From an uncultured Chloroflexia bacterium (lineage in GTDB: Bacteria; Chloroflexota; Limnocylindria; Limnocylindrales; CSP1-4): a DNA stretch of 64,000 nucleotides. Under the pieces are notes generated by a model. It ran no database searches, was not told where the DNA came from, and worked only from the letters and a program-made list of their open reading frames with translations. The translations under genes and the position numbers were made by a program. Below are positions 49,242-61,450 of this stretch, one piece after another; position 1 is the first letter of the stretch; each line of letters starts with the position of its first letter. The DNA is taken from assembly GCA_963768655.1 (NCBI GenBank), contig CAVYIM010000009.1, forward strand, positions 192,001-256,000, read 5' to 3'.

Positions 49242-50648
49242 TCACGGCTGGTACAGCTCCGCTGACGGGAGCGCCAGAGCAGTTACCATTCCGGGTCCCG
49301 GCGGGGTTGTCCCGTCGGCGCCGCCGGCGATAAGGACGCGACCGTCGGGGAGCAGAGTCGCCGTCTGGAGTTGACGCGCGCTTGCCATTGAGCCGCCTGG
49401 GCTAAACGTCCCGGTCTTCGGGTCATACAGCTCGGCAGAGGCCAGGATGTTGGCCGCGAGAGAGTCGTCCGCGGCATCGGCGCCGCCAGCGATGAGGACC
49501 CGGCCGTCGGGTAGGAGCGTGGCGGTGTGGCCATCACGGACCGTCGCCATCGAGCCTGTCGGGCTGAACGTGCCGGTCTGCGGGTCATACAACTCGGCCG
49601 AGGCGAGGATGTTGCCGTTGCTACCGAAGCCGCCGGCGATGAGCACGCGACCGTCGGGTAGCAGCGTGGCGGTGTGGCCTGCCCGAGCCGTGGTCATGGA
49701 GCCAGTCAACGTGAATTTGCCGGTTGCCGGGTCGTACAGCTCGGCCGATGCGAGCGGCGTCGAGCCGTGCTGCGTCGGGACAGAGCCTCCGGCAACAAGA
49801 ACGCGGCCGTCCGGTAGCAGAGTGGCGGTGGGGCCGTCGCGGGCGGTTCTCATCGAGCCGGTCAGGCTGAACTTGCCCGTCTTGGGGTCATACAGCTCCG
49901 CTGTGGCGATGGCCTTCGAGCCAAGGTCGTAGACCGATCCGCCGACGAGGAGGACGCGGCCGTCGGGCAGCAGCGTCGCGGCCTGGTCGTAGCGTCTGAC
50001 TTTCATCGAGCCGGTCAGGCTGAACCTGCCCGTCTGGGGGTCGTACAGCTCGGCCGAGTAGCCACGCTCTAAGACGTCCCCTATGCCGCTCCCGCCGGCG
50101 ACAAGAACGCGGCCGTCAGCGAGCAGCGTGGCGGTCGGGCTGATGTGCGGGTAGACCATCGGGCCCGTCGGGCTGAACGTGCCGGTTGCGGGGTCATATA
50201 GCTCGGCAGAAGCCGACTCCCCGCCCGAGGCATCCTGGCCCCCGGCGATGAGGACGCGGCCGTCGGCGAGCAGCGTCGCCGAATGATCGAATCGCCCGGT
50301 GGTCATCGAGCTTGTTGGACGGAAGCGAGATGCGGCTGTCGGTGACTGCGCGAGAAGCGTAGGAGTCGGACCGGCTGTCGGTGATTCGCCACGCGAGCCC
50401 CCAGGCGGCACGGTGTTGAGTCGCGGCAACGCCCCCACGAAGAAGGTTGCCGCAGCCACGACTGCAAGGAGTGTCGCCGCCGTAACTGCGAGGCGCAGGC
50501 TCCCGCCGAACCGGCGGCTGCGGCGGACACGATGAGGGTGCTCGGTCGGCACAGCCGCTACCCATGAGCGAAGCGTCGAGGGCGCCGGGTGATCGGCAAT
50601 TCGTCGCGCCGCCTCGCGCACCTCGCGCTCGAACTGCTCGTCGTTCAT
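49242..50648 (-). CDS. Putative anti-sigma factor with TM helix and extracytoplasmic Kelch propeller
   Basis: ATGA overlap with ECF sigma; short cytoplasmic N-terminus, TM, repeats ATLLPDGRVLIAGG...SAELYDP. Confidence 0.8.
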   Translation of the reverse strand: MNDEQFEREVREAARRIADHPAPSTLRSWVAAVPTEHPHRVRRSRRFGGSLRLAVTAATLLAVVAAATFFVGALPRLNTVPPGGSRGESPTAGPTPTLLAQSPTAASRFRPTSSMTTGRFDHSATLLADGRVLIAGGQDASGGESASAELYDPATGTFSPTGPMVYPHISPTATLLADGRVLVAGGSGIGDVLERGYSAELYDPQTGRFSLTGSMKVRRYDQAATLLPDGRVLLVGGSVYDLGSKAIATAELYDPKTGKFSLTGSMRTARDGPTATLLPDGRVLVAGGSVPTQHGSTPLASAELYDPATGKFTLTGSMTTARAGHTATLLPDGRVLIAGGFGSNGNILASAELYDPQTGTFSPTGSMATVRDGHTATLLPDGRVLIAGGADAADDSLAANILASAELYDPKTGTFSPGGSMASARQLQTATLLPDGRVLIAGGADGTTPPGPGMVTALALPSAELYQP

Positions 50649-51211
50649 GGGACCCGCTCCCGCGCCTCGGCATCGAGGGTCGCGCGCAGGGCACGCAGCG
50701 CGTAGTGGAGCCGGCTCTTCACGGTGCCCGGCCTCTCGCCGGTCCGGGCGGCGATGTCGTCGAGCGAGTAGTCGCCGACGTAGCGCAGGGCAACCACGAT
50801 GCGGTGCTTCGGCGATAGCGCCTGCATCGCCCGCTCCAGGGCATCGGTGCGCGCGAGGGCCTCGGCGTGGTCGGGTGCCGCGCCGGGGATCGGATCGGCG
50901 AAGGCAATCGGACGGATCCGGCGCTCGCCAAGCCGATCACGGCACGTGTTCACCAGGATCCGAGTGAACCAGGCGTCGAAGGAGGCGAGATCGCGCAGGT
51001 CGCCGAAGTGCTCCCAGGCCCGCAGGACTGCGTCGCTTACCGCGTCCTCGGCCTCTGATCGATCCCCGCTAAAGATGAACGTGGCGAGGCGGTAGGCCCC
51101 ATCGAGGCGGGCATCCGCGAGGCGCGCGAAGTCCACGGCCGGGTCACCGCCGGCGGCATCGCGGTCTCGGACGCCCATGCCTTGAGTCCCCCACGTGGTG
51201 ATCCCGTCCAT
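50645..51211 (-). CDS. ECF RNA polymerase sigma factor (start uncertain)
   Basis: AEDAVSDA, FDAWFTRILVNTCRD, GTVKSRLHYA. Confidence 0.92.
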   Translation of the reverse strand: MDGITTWGTQGMGVRDRDAAGGDPAVDFARLADARLDGAYRLATFIFSGDRSEAEDAVSDAVLRAWEHFGDLRDLASFDAWFTRILVNTCRDRLGERRIRPIAFADPIPGAAPDHAEALARTDALERAMQALSPKHRIVVALRYVGDYSLDDIAARTGERPGTVKSRLHYALRALRATLDAEARERVP

Positions 51212-51452
51212 CGTGCCCGACAAGACTGCCACGGATGTCCGAAGGTTCAATCTTCCCAAATGCCCGCGCGACCGCCTCTACAGTCCAGGCTGTGGGCTCG
51301 TGTTGCTGCACTCGGCCGGTCGCTGGCTAGCTTGTCATCTTTGCCTCACGTCCTCCCTCCCCGACCAAACAGACCTTGACGGCCGCGGCCACCGACGGCA
51401 TCGTCTCCATGGGGCCGATCCGTCACCTGGCTCCGTGCGGGAGGGAAAAGCG

Positions 51453-51716
51453 ATGCCTTCGAGTCAACCAAACGGTGCTCCGGAGCAGGACGGCGTTGCT
51501 CCGACCGAGCCTCGCGAGGCCGGCGACCGGCGTCCGGCCGATCCGGAGACCGACCGCGCGCTGGCCTTGCAGCCCACCTTTGGCACTCTCCGACGCCGCC
51601 GAGCCGGCCCGACAGGACCGGGCGCCTCGTCCCGGCCGCTGATCCTGCATCCGATCATCGCCGTCGTCGTGGCCATCGTGGCCATTGTCGCCGCGCTGCT
51701 CCTCACCGGTCGCTGA
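51453..51716 (+). CDS. Small hypothetical tail-anchored membrane protein
   Basis: GGAGG RBS; C-terminal hydrophobic helix IIAVVVAIVAIVAALLL. Confidence 0.55.
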   Translation: MPSSQPNGAPEQDGVAPTEPREAGDRRPADPETDRALALQPTFGTLRRRRAGPTGPGASSRPLILHPIIAVVVAIVAIVAALLLTGR

Positions 51717-51821
51717 TCGAGCCCCGGAGCCAGGCCGCGAGGTCGTTCATGGCGCCGCGGCTCGGCCTAAGCTAGTCGGGCGTCCGCCCCACGTTGCCCG
51801 CCAGCCAGTACCGCCGGAGAG

Positions 51822-53132
<1,311 letters not shown>

Positions 53133-53208
53133 CGCGAACCGGCCGACCGCGGATCGGGGGCCGGGCCGGGACGGGGCGCGGTCGCGAGCTCGGGTCGGTG
53201 GGCGTCCC

Positions 53209-55227
53209 TCAGCGCGAGCGGCGGCGCGGGGTCATCTGCGCAACGTGCGCGTCCGCCCGCCTGGTAAGCCCGTTGTCGGGGCCCAGCGTGCGGCGGAACA
53301 CCTCGGCTACATAGCGGGCCTGGTTCCGGCCCGCGACCTTGCGTCCCAGCGCCGCCATGGCGTCGGCGTCGTGGCGCAGGACCTCGAGCGTGTCCGGATC
53401 CGCAGGGCCGGGGAACTTGCGGAGCAGAGCGAGCGCATCGGCATAGCGAGCCCGGGCGCCCGCCGGATCGCCCAGCTTGAGCAGGACGTCGCCGATGTGA
53501 GCGTACATGTCCGCCACCTTACGGTCTCGAGGGCCGAGGTTGCGGAGGTACGCGTCCAGAACTGTCTGGTACATGGCGCGGGCGGCATCGAGCTGGCCCA
53601 GCTTCTCCATCACCATGCTCAGGTTGTGGCCCAGGTGAAGCGTTCGAGGATCGTCCGGTCCGGCCGTGTCACGGCTCTCGGCATGGATCGGGCCGTAGGG
53701 TCCGGCGATGCGCTCATAAACGGCTCGAGCGGCCCTCTGCTCGTCCAGCTTCTCGTGCGTTTCGGCCAGCCAGAGCAGGCACTCGAGCGTGCGCTCGCTC
53801 CTGGGCCCCTTGTTTCGTTCGTAGGCGTTGGCCAGCTCCTGCCAGCGGGCGCGGGCCTTCTCCAGCTCGCCGACCTTGCCCAGCTCCCAGGCGTAGGCCT
53901 CCAGGGCCGTCAGGGCATCGTCCCCCTCGGGGCCCACGATCCCGACCTGCGTTTCGTACAGGACGCGGTAGGCCTCAAGGGCGGCGGCGTGCGATTCCGC
54001 GCGCGCCAGGACGCGGGCAAGGCCCGTGAGAGCCCAGATCGTGTCGGGCGCCTCGGGACCGAGGGTCACAAGCCGCCCTTCGGCGAGCTCGCGGTAGCGG
54101 GCCGCGGAGTTGGTCAGGTCACCGAGCTGCTCGAGGTTCCAGGCCAGATCGCCCAGGACCCATTGCGTGGCCACGTGGTCCTGGCCCAGAACCCGCCGCC
54201 GCGCTTCCAGCAGCTGCTCGTCGAGCTTGCGCGCCCGGACATGCTCGCCGCAACGGCCGAGTGAGTCGGCGAGACCGGCCAGGGCGTCGAGCGTGGCGGT
54301 CTCCTCGGGGCCGACCTTGCGCCGCAGACGGCGGTACAGGTCTTCGTAGACCTGCGCGGCGGCGGCCGGGTCGCCGACGCGGAGCAGCAGCCGGCCGTGC
54401 TGGCCGCGGGCGGCGAGGGTCGCCGGGTTGTCCGGCCCCAGCGTGGAGATCGTGGCGGCGAGAGTCTGCTCCGAAAGCGCACGGCCCGACGTGCTGTGGC
54501 CCGCCCCCACCTGCGCCCGCGCCAGGCTGAGCATCGCCTCGAGAGTATCGGGGTGGGTCGCCCCCAGGAGGCGGCGGCTGCGCTCGACGCGCTCGGCGAG
54601 CACTTCGCTGGCGCGGGCGTAGTCCTCGATCGAGATCAGGATGCTGCCCAGGTTCGCCAGCGTGCGGATGACGGCCAGGCTGTCCGGGCCCAGCGTCTTG
54701 CGCTGCACCTCCAGGAGGGCCTCGAAGGTTCCACGTGCCGAGAGGTCGTCGGCGACGGCTCGTTGCGTCAGGCCCAGGTTGTGCAGGGCGCTGAGGGTGG
54801 CCGGATCCTCGGGGCCGAGCGAGTTGCGGCGGCCCGCGACCACGCGTTCGTAGATCGGGCGGGCCTCCTCGGGTCTGTCCAGATACGAGAGGGCCACGGC
54901 CAGGCCGTGAGCCGCGGAGAGAGTATCGAGGTGGCGCGGTCCGAAGACACGATCGCAGCGCTCCAGCAGGATGGTGTACTGGTCACGGGCGGTCGAGTAG
55001 TCGTCGAGCTCGAGCCCGATAGCCGCGACTCGAGCTTCGGCCTCGAGCGTCGCCGGGTGCTCGGGACCGAGGAGCTTGCGGCGCGCATCCATGACCTGAC
55101 GGCAAAGCGAACGCTTGACTCGCAGGTCCGGGAACCCTTCCAGAAGGACGTCCAGATCCTGTAGAGCCGCAAGGCCGGAGACAGACGGGACGTCCGAAGT
55201 GTCGGCGCCCGATGAGCCGCGATCCAT
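53209..55227 (-). CDS. Tetratricopeptide repeat protein (~42-aa kinesin-light-chain-type repeats)
   Basis: Many LGPEHPATL/LGPEDPATL-like repeats. Confidence 0.88.
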   Translation of the reverse strand: MDRGSSGADTSDVPSVSGLAALQDLDVLLEGFPDLRVKRSLCRQVMDARRKLLGPEHPATLEAEARVAAIGLELDDYSTARDQYTILLERCDRVFGPRHLDTLSAAHGLAVALSYLDRPEEARPIYERVVAGRRNSLGPEDPATLSALHNLGLTQRAVADDLSARGTFEALLEVQRKTLGPDSLAVIRTLANLGSILISIEDYARASEVLAERVERSRRLLGATHPDTLEAMLSLARAQVGAGHSTSGRALSEQTLAATISTLGPDNPATLAARGQHGRLLLRVGDPAAAAQVYEDLYRRLRRKVGPEETATLDALAGLADSLGRCGEHVRARKLDEQLLEARRRVLGQDHVATQWVLGDLAWNLEQLGDLTNSAARYRELAEGRLVTLGPEAPDTIWALTGLARVLARAESHAAALEAYRVLYETQVGIVGPEGDDALTALEAYAWELGKVGELEKARARWQELANAYERNKGPRSERTLECLLWLAETHEKLDEQRAARAVYERIAGPYGPIHAESRDTAGPDDPRTLHLGHNLSMVMEKLGQLDAARAMYQTVLDAYLRNLGPRDRKVADMYAHIGDVLLKLGDPAGARARYADALALLRKFPGPADPDTLEVLRHDADAMAALGRKVAGRNQARYVAEVFRRTLGPDNGLTRRADAHVAQMTPRRRSR

Positions 55228-55552
55228 CGACAGAGCAGATTCTCCCGCCTGAGCCCCCGTGGCCACTCATGATGCCAGGTTCGGCAGAGTTCGAGGGCGC
55301 GGCGGTTACGATAACGGAGCGCCCCGAATGGTGCCGTGGCACCTCGTCGAACGCCGGGAGATCGCCTTCAAGTCGGTCGAAATCGAGATTCCTGGTCGGC
55401 CTGGGCGTGGACGAGCTGTCGGCGGACGCTGCGTCGCCGGACGGGATCCGGGCGGCGCTTGCGGGAGTTGCGTCTGCGGAGCTGCGCGGTCTGGCGACCC
55501 GGGCTCATGATCGCGGCGGAACTGACTGCGCGCGGTCAGGCGCGCCTGCCCT

Positions 55553-56080
55553 CTACGCAGCGCCGGACATTCCGCCGGGGCTTGCAACCGTGCGCAGCGA
55601 GATCGCCAGCTCGCGGTTCACCAGCAACGTGCGGAACCACTGCGAAACGGGCTCGCTGCAGAACTCGTACTCGAGCACCGCGTCCGTGATCGCGACCATG
55701 GCGGGCCTGCGGTCGAAGCTGCGGACCGGGTTCGCCGTCGGCGGGGCGTGCATGAAGCCTTCGGCACAGTAGGGGCCGAGCTTGACGGTCACGCCGTTCG
55801 GCTTGGTCGCGAGGCGTCGCTTGGGGTCGCCGCGAGGGCCGCTGGCCACGACGATGTCGAGCTCGTCACGGGAGATATCGAGCTTGTCGAATTCCTGGGT
55901 GTGGCCGTCCAGCGTGCTCACCAGGGTGACGTCGTGGACGGTGATGGTCTTGCGGCGGTTGAGCAGGTCGGCCAGGCGCGAGTCCTCGAGGTCCACGCGT
56001 CCTTCGACGCGACAGTCCTCGGAAAAACCTACGAAGTCGATGTCCGTTCCCATCTCGTCCCCTGATGATTGCTGGGGCAT
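55553..56080 (-). CDS. Hypothetical protein
   Basis: Coding-like beta-rich ORF with two similar halves (RLADLLN / VAITDA). Confidence 0.6.
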   Translation of the reverse strand: MPQQSSGDEMGTDIDFVGFSEDCRVEGRVDLEDSRLADLLNRRKTITVHDVTLVSTLDGHTQEFDKLDISRDELDIVVASGPRGDPKRRLATKPNGVTVKLGPYCAEGFMHAPPTANPVRSFDRRPAMVAITDAVLEYEFCSEPVSQWFRTLLVNRELAISLRTVASPGGMSGAA

Positions 56081-56270
56081 TGAAATGAATTTCCTACGGG
56101 TGGGATCGGACGAGTAGTCCCGATGAAGATACGCCGAACGGGGAGGTACTCCGTCCGCAGCCCGCAGGATGAAACGCGGCCCGTCAGATGGGACGGACGG
56201 GGCCGGCGGCCCGCGTCGGGCCGACTGCGGATGTGGGAGCCGGACCCCGCCGCGGAGCCGCGCCTTCGGG

Positions 56271-56945
56271 TTACGGCCTCGGGTCAGCGCGACCCGCCGG
56301 CGCCTGGCCCGCGCTCGGTCCAGGCTTGCCCGAGGGGCCAACTCGCCTCTCCTGGCCGGAGAGCAGACGCTGGATGTTGTCGATGTGGAAGAGCCAGATG
56401 AGCCCCGGGACGCCGACGCCGTAGACGAAGTAGATCGGTGGCAGGGGGGCGACCGCGGTCCAGACGACCATGGCGATGCCGCCGATCAGCGTTGCGGTGA
56501 GCGACCCCAGTGACGAGATACGCGTGACCGCGATCACGATCACGAAGACGGGGAAGATGATCGCCAGAATGACCGGCGCGATGATCAGGGCGCCCCCGGT
56601 GGCCGGCGCCACGCCGCGGCCGCCGTGGAAGCCGATGAACGGCGAGCGACTGTGGCCGACGACGGCGGCCAGCGCGGCCGCGACCTGCGCCACCTGGTCG
56701 CCGCCGATGGCGATTACGAAGAGAACGGCGACGACTGCCTTGGCCACGTCGAGCAGTCCGGAGATGGCGGCCCAGCGGAAGCCGACCGCGCGCGACACGT
56801 TGGCGCCGCCGGTGCGGCCGCTACCCACGGTGCGCGGATCGGGCCCGCCGATCAACCGCGGAACGATGATGCCGAAAGGAATGCCCCCAAGGAGATAGCC
56901 GGCGACCAGGGCGACGGCCACCCGGACGAGGTCGATGGTCTGCAT
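56271..56945 (-). CDS. plsY: Glycerol-3-phosphate acyltransferase
   Basis: GYLLGGIPFG, GSGRTGGAN, LDVAK, GHS..F..FHGGRGVA, HIDNIQRL. Confidence 0.93.
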   Translation of the reverse strand: MQTIDLVRVAVALVAGYLLGGIPFGIIVPRLIGGPDPRTVGSGRTGGANVSRAVGFRWAAISGLLDVAKAVVAVLFVIAIGGDQVAQVAAALAAVVGHSRSPFIGFHGGRGVAPATGGALIIAPVILAIIFPVFVIVIAVTRISSLGSLTATLIGGIAMVVWTAVAPLPPIYFVYGVGVPGLIWLFHIDNIQRLLSGQERRVGPSGKPGPSAGQAPAGRADPRP

Positions 56946-56991
56946 CGCCGCGAAGTATAGGGCGGCGAGTTGATGCCGAATTGGGTCGCCG

Positions 56992-58071
56992 CTAGCCGGC
57001 GCCTTCCTCCAGCTCGGCCAGGAAGCGCTCCGGGTTGTGGCGCAGCCACAACCGGCGGTCCGGGTGAGCGGCCACGTCCTCGACGAGATCCGCGAGGCGG
57101 GCGTTCACCGGCGTTGCGACCCCGATCTGTAGCCCGAAGCGAGCGACCGCGCCGTGCATCCAGGCCACTTCCGTCTGCTCGGGCGACGGCCCCTCGCCGG
57201 CCATCTGGACGTGGAGCCGCAGCGAGGGCAGTTTGCCGGCGCGCGCCCCACCCACGATTCGTCGCAGGATCGGGCGGCCCAGCCAGGACGGAAGCCTGAC
57301 GGCGCGAGCCAGCCACGGGACGGCCGCGCCGGGCAGCCTGACCGGCCTGAGCCCGAGCGCGGTCATCACCGCCATTGTCTCCAGGAGCTGCCGCCGCTCG
57401 ACCTCGAACAGCCGCTTGTCGGCGTAGATCGCGGCCGGATCCATGTCGAGGATCGCCCCGGTGGCGTTGGCGATCAGGTTGGTCAGCAGCTTCGACCACT
57501 TCATCGCCTTCGCGTCGGACAGTTCCGCGGTGCGCAGGCCCGCGGGCGCGAAGTCGGCCAGCAGCGGCGCAATGAGCGGTTCCGCCGCAGGATTGGCTGC
57601 GGCCAGTGCGATCCCGCCGCGCCCGAGCCAGACGACCTCGTCCTCCGATACGAGGCGGATCGGGGCAGTCATCGAGCCGGCGATCTGCGGCGCCGACGGC
57701 CGGATCTCCGTGGCGGTCTCCTCTGCGCCGATGCCGTTCTCGACGGTCAGGGTTGGCACGTCCGGCCAGGCCAGCGTGGGCGCCAGCGCCTCGCGCAGGA
57801 CGGGCATCTTCACCGCCACCAGGATCAGGTCCGGGCGGGTCGCGTCCTCCGTCCGCATGACCCGATGGACCGGCACGACCGCGCGCGTGCCGTCCGGCCG
57901 AACCAGCGTCACCGGCCGCTCCGACGGCCCCTCGAAGATTTGGACGAGGGTGACGTCGTAGCCGGCGCTGCCCAGCAGCGTCCCGAGGAACGACCCGACG
58001 GCTCCCGCGCCCACGACCAGAACTCGTCGGGGGTTCCTGCTGTCGCAGTCCGATGGGGGCGCGGTCGGCAT
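56992..58071 (-). CDS. 2-dehydropantoate 2-reductase family protein
   Basis: VVGAGAVG, VAVK, ENGIG, KWSKLLTN, TEV..MHGAV..TPVN. Confidence 0.88.
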   Translation of the reverse strand: MPTAPPSDCDSRNPRRVLVVGAGAVGSFLGTLLGSAGYDVTLVQIFEGPSERPVTLVRPDGTRAVVPVHRVMRTEDATRPDLILVAVKMPVLREALAPTLAWPDVPTLTVENGIGAEETATEIRPSAPQIAGSMTAPIRLVSEDEVVWLGRGGIALAAANPAAEPLIAPLLADFAPAGLRTAELSDAKAMKWSKLLTNLIANATGAILDMDPAAIYADKRLFEVERRQLLETMAVMTALGLRPVRLPGAAVPWLARAVRLPSWLGRPILRRIVGGARAGKLPSLRLHVQMAGEGPSPEQTEVAWMHGAVARFGLQIGVATPVNARLADLVEDVAAHPDRRLWLRHNPERFLAELEEGAG

Positions 58072-58273
58072 CTCGGCACCTGTTGATCGAGGGTCGGTCG
58101 GTCGCCTGCTAGCCTAGCCGGACGGACCCGGCCGTGCCGGGTCCTGCGTCGCCGCGAGCGCGCCACCAGTCTGCCGAGGACGATTGCCAACACCCGCGCA
58201 GCGGCGCGCCTCGATTGCGCCCGCCAGCCGGGCCACTCTGGACTGCTACCCGATCAGGCGGCAGGATTAGCCC

Positions 58274-59743
58274 ATGAAGACTCGTCAAGCGCTTCTGTCC
58301 ATCGTCGTTGCCGTCATCGTCGCCGGCTGTGGTTCGACGACGCCCTCGCCGACCGGGCCGGTCGCCACTCCGACGCCCACCGCCGGGGCCAGCGCCACGC
58401 CTCTAGTCGGGCCCAGCCTCACACTGGCGGCTACGCCCTCTGCCGCCATTCCTACACCCTCGACCGCCACGCCCTCTGCGACCCCGGCGGCGCAAGCCGC
58501 GGCCGACTGGCCGGTCTACCACCTCGATGCCCAGCGCACCGGCTTCGTTACCGGCTTCCCGGCTACGAGCGGCACGCTGACCAAGGTCTGGTCGGCGGCG
58601 CTCGACGGTGCCGTCTACGCCGAGCCTCTCGTCATCGGCGGGCACATCCTCGCCGTGACCGAGAACGACACCGCCTACTCCCTGGATCCCAAGACCGGCG
58701 CCATCCTCTGGCACACGCATCTCGGCACGCCGGTCCGTTTGTCCACGCTCCCGTGCGGGGACATCGATCCGCTCGGGATCACCGGCACGCCCGCCTACGA
58801 CGCCGCGACCGGATCGGTCTTCATGGTCGCCGAGGAAGCCGGGCCGCATCACATTCTCTACGCCCTTGATGCCTCGACCGGCGCCGTTCGGTGGTCGCGC
58901 AACGTCGATCTGTCCGGCGATAGCCCGATCACCCATCAGCAGCGGCCCGCTCTCGCCGTCGTCAACGGCTACGTGTACATCGGCTTCGGCGGACTGGCCG
59001 GCGACTGCGGCCAGTACAAGGGCGAAGTCGTAGGCGTGCCGACCAGAGGCACGGGCAGCACCATCTCGTACCGCGTTCCGGTTGCGCGCGAAGGCGCTGT
59101 CTGGGCGACCGGCGGACCGGTGATCGACAGTTCCGGCAACCTCTACGTCTCGACCGGCAACGGCAGCTCGACGACCAGCTACGACGGCAGCGACTCCGTC
59201 ATCGAGCTTTCGCCGACGCTCAAGATGATCGGCCGGTTCGCTCCGTCGACCTGGGCCTACGACAACGCCCACGACCTGGACCTCGGTTCCACGAACCCGG
59301 TGCTCGTGCCCGGTGGGTGGGTGTTCCAGGTCGGGAAGAGCGGTACCGGATACGTGATGCACCAGGGGGCACTGGGCGGAATCGGTGGACAGGTGTCCAG
59401 CGCCTCGGTCTGCGGGGCGTACGGCGGAATGGCTCAGGACGGCTCCACGATCTACGTGCCCTGCCGGACCGCGATCCGTCAGGTCACGATCGGCTCCGAC
59501 GGCAAGCTCACCGTGGGCTGGGAGTCGAAGAGCGGGGTGGGCGGCGGACCGGCCGTGATCGGCGGCGGAGCCGTCTGGAGCGCCAACTGGTCCAACAACC
59601 ACCTGTATGCGCTCGACCCGGCCACCGGCGCCGCGCTGGCCAGCATCTCAGTCGGCACGCTGCCCCACTTCGCCTCCCCGACGCTGTGGGGCGGGCAGGT
59701 TCTGATCGGGACGATGAGCGGCGTACTGGCGATCGCGCCGTAG
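58274..59743 (+). CDS. Lipoprotein with PQQ-like beta-propeller repeats
   Basis: Lipobox VAGC, Pro/Thr linker, repeats ALDxxTGxxxW, DLDLGS. Confidence 0.85.
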   Translation: MKTRQALLSIVVAVIVAGCGSTTPSPTGPVATPTPTAGASATPLVGPSLTLAATPSAAIPTPSTATPSATPAAQAAADWPVYHLDAQRTGFVTGFPATSGTLTKVWSAALDGAVYAEPLVIGGHILAVTENDTAYSLDPKTGAILWHTHLGTPVRLSTLPCGDIDPLGITGTPAYDAATGSVFMVAEEAGPHHILYALDASTGAVRWSRNVDLSGDSPITHQQRPALAVVNGYVYIGFGGLAGDCGQYKGEVVGVPTRGTGSTISYRVPVAREGAVWATGGPVIDSSGNLYVSTGNGSSTTSYDGSDSVIELSPTLKMIGRFAPSTWAYDNAHDLDLGSTNPVLVPGGWVFQVGKSGTGYVMHQGALGGIGGQVSSASVCGAYGGMAQDGSTIYVPCRTAIRQVTIGSDGKLTVGWESKSGVGGGPAVIGGGAVWSANWSNNHLYALDPATGAALASISVGTLPHFASPTLWGGQVLIGTMSGVLAIAP

Positions 59744-59781
59744 GCCGGCGACAGACGCGGCGCGACGGGAGGAGTGGCTCG

Positions 59782-60309
59782 ATGGCTCGACTGACAGAGG
59801 CGGACGTGCTGGAGTACCGCCGGCCCGTGCTCGACCTGCTTGCGGACGACGATCCGCTCGACGTCCAGGCGGCCGAAGTGGCGGCCTGGCGCGAGCTGAT
59901 CGATCGGGCCGACGGCGACCTCCGAACCAGGCCGGCGGCCGGCGAGTGGTCTGTCATCGAATGCCTCGGCCATATGGCCGACTCGGAGCTGGTGACGTCG
60001 GCCCGCTACCGCTGGGTCCTGGCCGAAGACGAGCCGCCGTTGCAGAGCTGGGATCAAGAGGCCTGGGCCGCTCGCTTCGACCACACCCACGACGACCCGG
60101 CGACGCTCCTCGATCTGTTCGCCGCCCTCCGCCACGCCAACGTTGCGCTGTGGCAGCGCACTCCGGCCGCCGATCGCGCTCGATCCGGCATCCACGCCGA
60201 ACGTGGCCCGGAATCAATGGACCTGCTGTTCCGCCTGCAGGCCGGCCACGGCCGGCTACACCGCGCCCAGGCCGAACGGGCGCTGGCGGAGGCGCGGCGC
60301 AGCCGGTAG
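59782..60309 (+). CDS. DinB family protein
   Basis: RPAAGEWSVIECLGHMADSE, GIHAERG, AGHGRLH; GGAGGAG RBS. Confidence 0.9.
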   Translation: MARLTEADVLEYRRPVLDLLADDDPLDVQAAEVAAWRELIDRADGDLRTRPAAGEWSVIECLGHMADSELVTSARYRWVLAEDEPPLQSWDQEAWAARFDHTHDDPATLLDLFAALRHANVALWQRTPAADRARSGIHAERGPESMDLLFRLQAGHGRLHRAQAERALAEARRSR

Positions 60310-60314
60310 CCCTA

Positions 60315-61450
60315 GTGTCCCGTTGCGCAACTAGCTGACTACGTATGGCGCTGGCAGCTACGATTGCGCCATGGCACAACTTCCTGCTCCAGCACTGGCG
60401 CTCTCGGAAGCCGACCGCGCAGCCCTGAGGGCGATCGCTCGCGCGTCGACGAGTCAGCAGCGAGCGGTGACGCGGGCGCGCATCCTCCTTCGGGCGGCCG
60501 ACGGCATGGCCAACGAACACATCGCGGCCGAGCTCCACGTCAGTCCGACGACCGTGAAGCTGTGGCGGCGTCGGTATGGTGCCTCGGGCCTTGCCGGTCT
60601 GGCCGACGGGCATCGCAGCGGACGTCCGGCTCGCTACACCCGAGAGGATCGAGATCGGGTGATCGCCCTGACCCTTGAGCCTCCGCCCGACGGGGTGACG
60701 CACTGGAGCGTTCGGCGTCTGGCGGCCCGGCTCACGATGAGCGAGACGACGGTTTGGCGAATCTGGCGGGAGGCCGGCGTCAAGCCGCATCGGACGGAAA
60801 CGTTCAAGTTCTCGACCGATCCAGAGCTACAGGCCAAGGTCCGCGACGTCGTCGGGCTCTATCTGGACCCGCCCGACGGAGCCATCGTGCTCTCTATCGA
60901 CGAGAAGACCCAGATCCAGGCCCTCGATCGAACAGCGCCGATGCTGCCGATGAAGCCCGGCCAGATCGAGCGCCACACCCACGACTACAAACGACACGGA
61001 ACGACCTGCCTGTTCGCGGCCCTCGAGGTCGGCACCGGCGCGGTCACCGGCCAGACTCGTGCCCGTCACCGAGGCGAGGACTTCCTCGCGTTCCTGCGCC
61101 AGGTCGAGGCCGCCTATCCAGAGGGCGAGCTCCACGTTGTCCTCGACAACGTCAGCACCCACAAGACCCCCGCGGTTCGAGAGTGGCTCGCCGATCGGCC
61201 CCGGATCACATTTCACTTCACGCCCACATCCGCATCCTGGATGAACCAGGTCGAGACGTGGTTCGGCATCCTCTCCCGTCAGGCCATCCGGCGCGGCAGC
61301 TTCGGGAGCGTGAAGGAACTCATCGCCAAGATCCGCGCCTTCATCGACAGCTGGAATGCCGGTTCGACGCCCTTTGTCTGGGTCAAGACTGCCGACGAGA
61401 TCCTCGCCAAAGCCGTTCGGAAGTCCTCAGCGACTTCCGAATCGGGACAC
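60315..61450 (+). mobile_element. IS630-family insertion sequence
   Basis: Imperfect terminal IRs starting GTGTCCCG / ending CGGGACAC; TA on both sides in CTAG context. Confidence 0.93.
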
